A DNA stretch of 62,256 nucleotides, filler included, from Chiloscyllium plagiosum (lineage: Eukaryota): the NCBI RefSeq assembly GCF_004010195.1. It is 3 parts of one record of this genome, joined end to end, with 100 filler letters (N's around TTAATTAATTAA, not from the genome) between each part and the next. Parts side by side here need not be neighbours in the genome. Positions count along the whole stretch, not along the records: positions 47,097 to 62,256 come from NC_057714.1; 2 more parts are not named here. One strand, written 5' to 3'. The notes under the pieces are model-generated. The model was not told the origin of the DNA and did not search any database. It saw only the letters and a program-made list of their open reading frames with translations. The translations under genes and the position numbers were made by a program. This document shows positions 61,813-62,256 of this stretch, piece by piece. Numbering within the stretch: the stretch's first letter is position 1; each line of letters opens with the position of its first letter.

Positions 61813-62256
61813 ACATAGTGTTAAAGGTTTAGATGGAGAGGAATTTCTTAAGTGTGTACAAGACAATTTTCTGATTCAGTATGTGGATGTATCTACTAGA
61901 GAAGGTGCAAAACTTGACCTACTCTTGGGAAATAAGGCATGGCAGGTGACTGAGGTGTCAGTGGGGGAGCATTTTGGGGCCAGTGACCATAATTCTATTT
62001 GTTTTAAAATAGTGATGGAAAAGGATAGACTAGATCTAAAAGTTGAAGTTCTAAATTGGAGAAAGGCCAATTTTGACGGTATTAGGCAAGAACTTTCGAA
62101 AGCTAATTGGAGGCAGATGTTCGCAGGTAAAGGGACGGCTGGAAAATGGGAAGCCTTCAGAAATGAGATAATCCAGAGAATTTATATATTCCTGTCAGGG
62201 TGAAAGGGAAGGCTGGTAGGTATAGGGAATGCTGGATGACTAAAGAAATTGAGGGT
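61813..62256 (+). mobile_element. CR1 ORF2 APE/tether region, inverted relative to the adjacent 3' end; runs off the window
   Basis: HSVKGLDGEEFLKCVQDNFLIQYVDVSTREGAKLDLLLGN...SDHNSICF...WEAFRNEI. Confidence 0.9.

Overview
This is eukaryotic, repeat-rich vertebrate DNA, almost certainly elasmobranch (shark), judged from HE1/V-SINEs with (CTAAT)n tails and shark-type CR1 LINEs. It is not one continuous locus: two identical 100-bp artificial spacers (44N-TTAATTAATTAA-44N at 24743-24842 and 46997-47096) join three scaffolds. Scaffold 1 has three in-frame + strand exons of FAM171A1. Scaffold 2 has six in-frame - strand exons of an ABCB1/ABCB4-type P-glycoprotein (TM8-TM11). Scaffold 3 has no coding exon I could recognise. 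Most of the rest is nested CR1/L2 LINE fragments, SINEs and two families of Penelope-like elements (PLEs). Most interesting signals: (1) minimal type-I hammerhead-ribozyme motifs (CTGANGA-stem II-GAAA-CGTH) in PLE termini, including short non-coding fold-back cassettes with a hammerhead on each arm and target-site duplications; (2) three templated insertions apparently copied from neighbouring sequence, two of them with snap-back inverted junctions; (3) a probable twin-primed CR1 inversion; (4) an orphan CpG-rich 219-bp tandem promoter-like array; (5) unusual drug-pocket residues in the P-glycoprotein TM11. Exon boundaries were read base by base; repeat boundaries are approximate, and family names and reference protein sequences are from memory, not from a database search.
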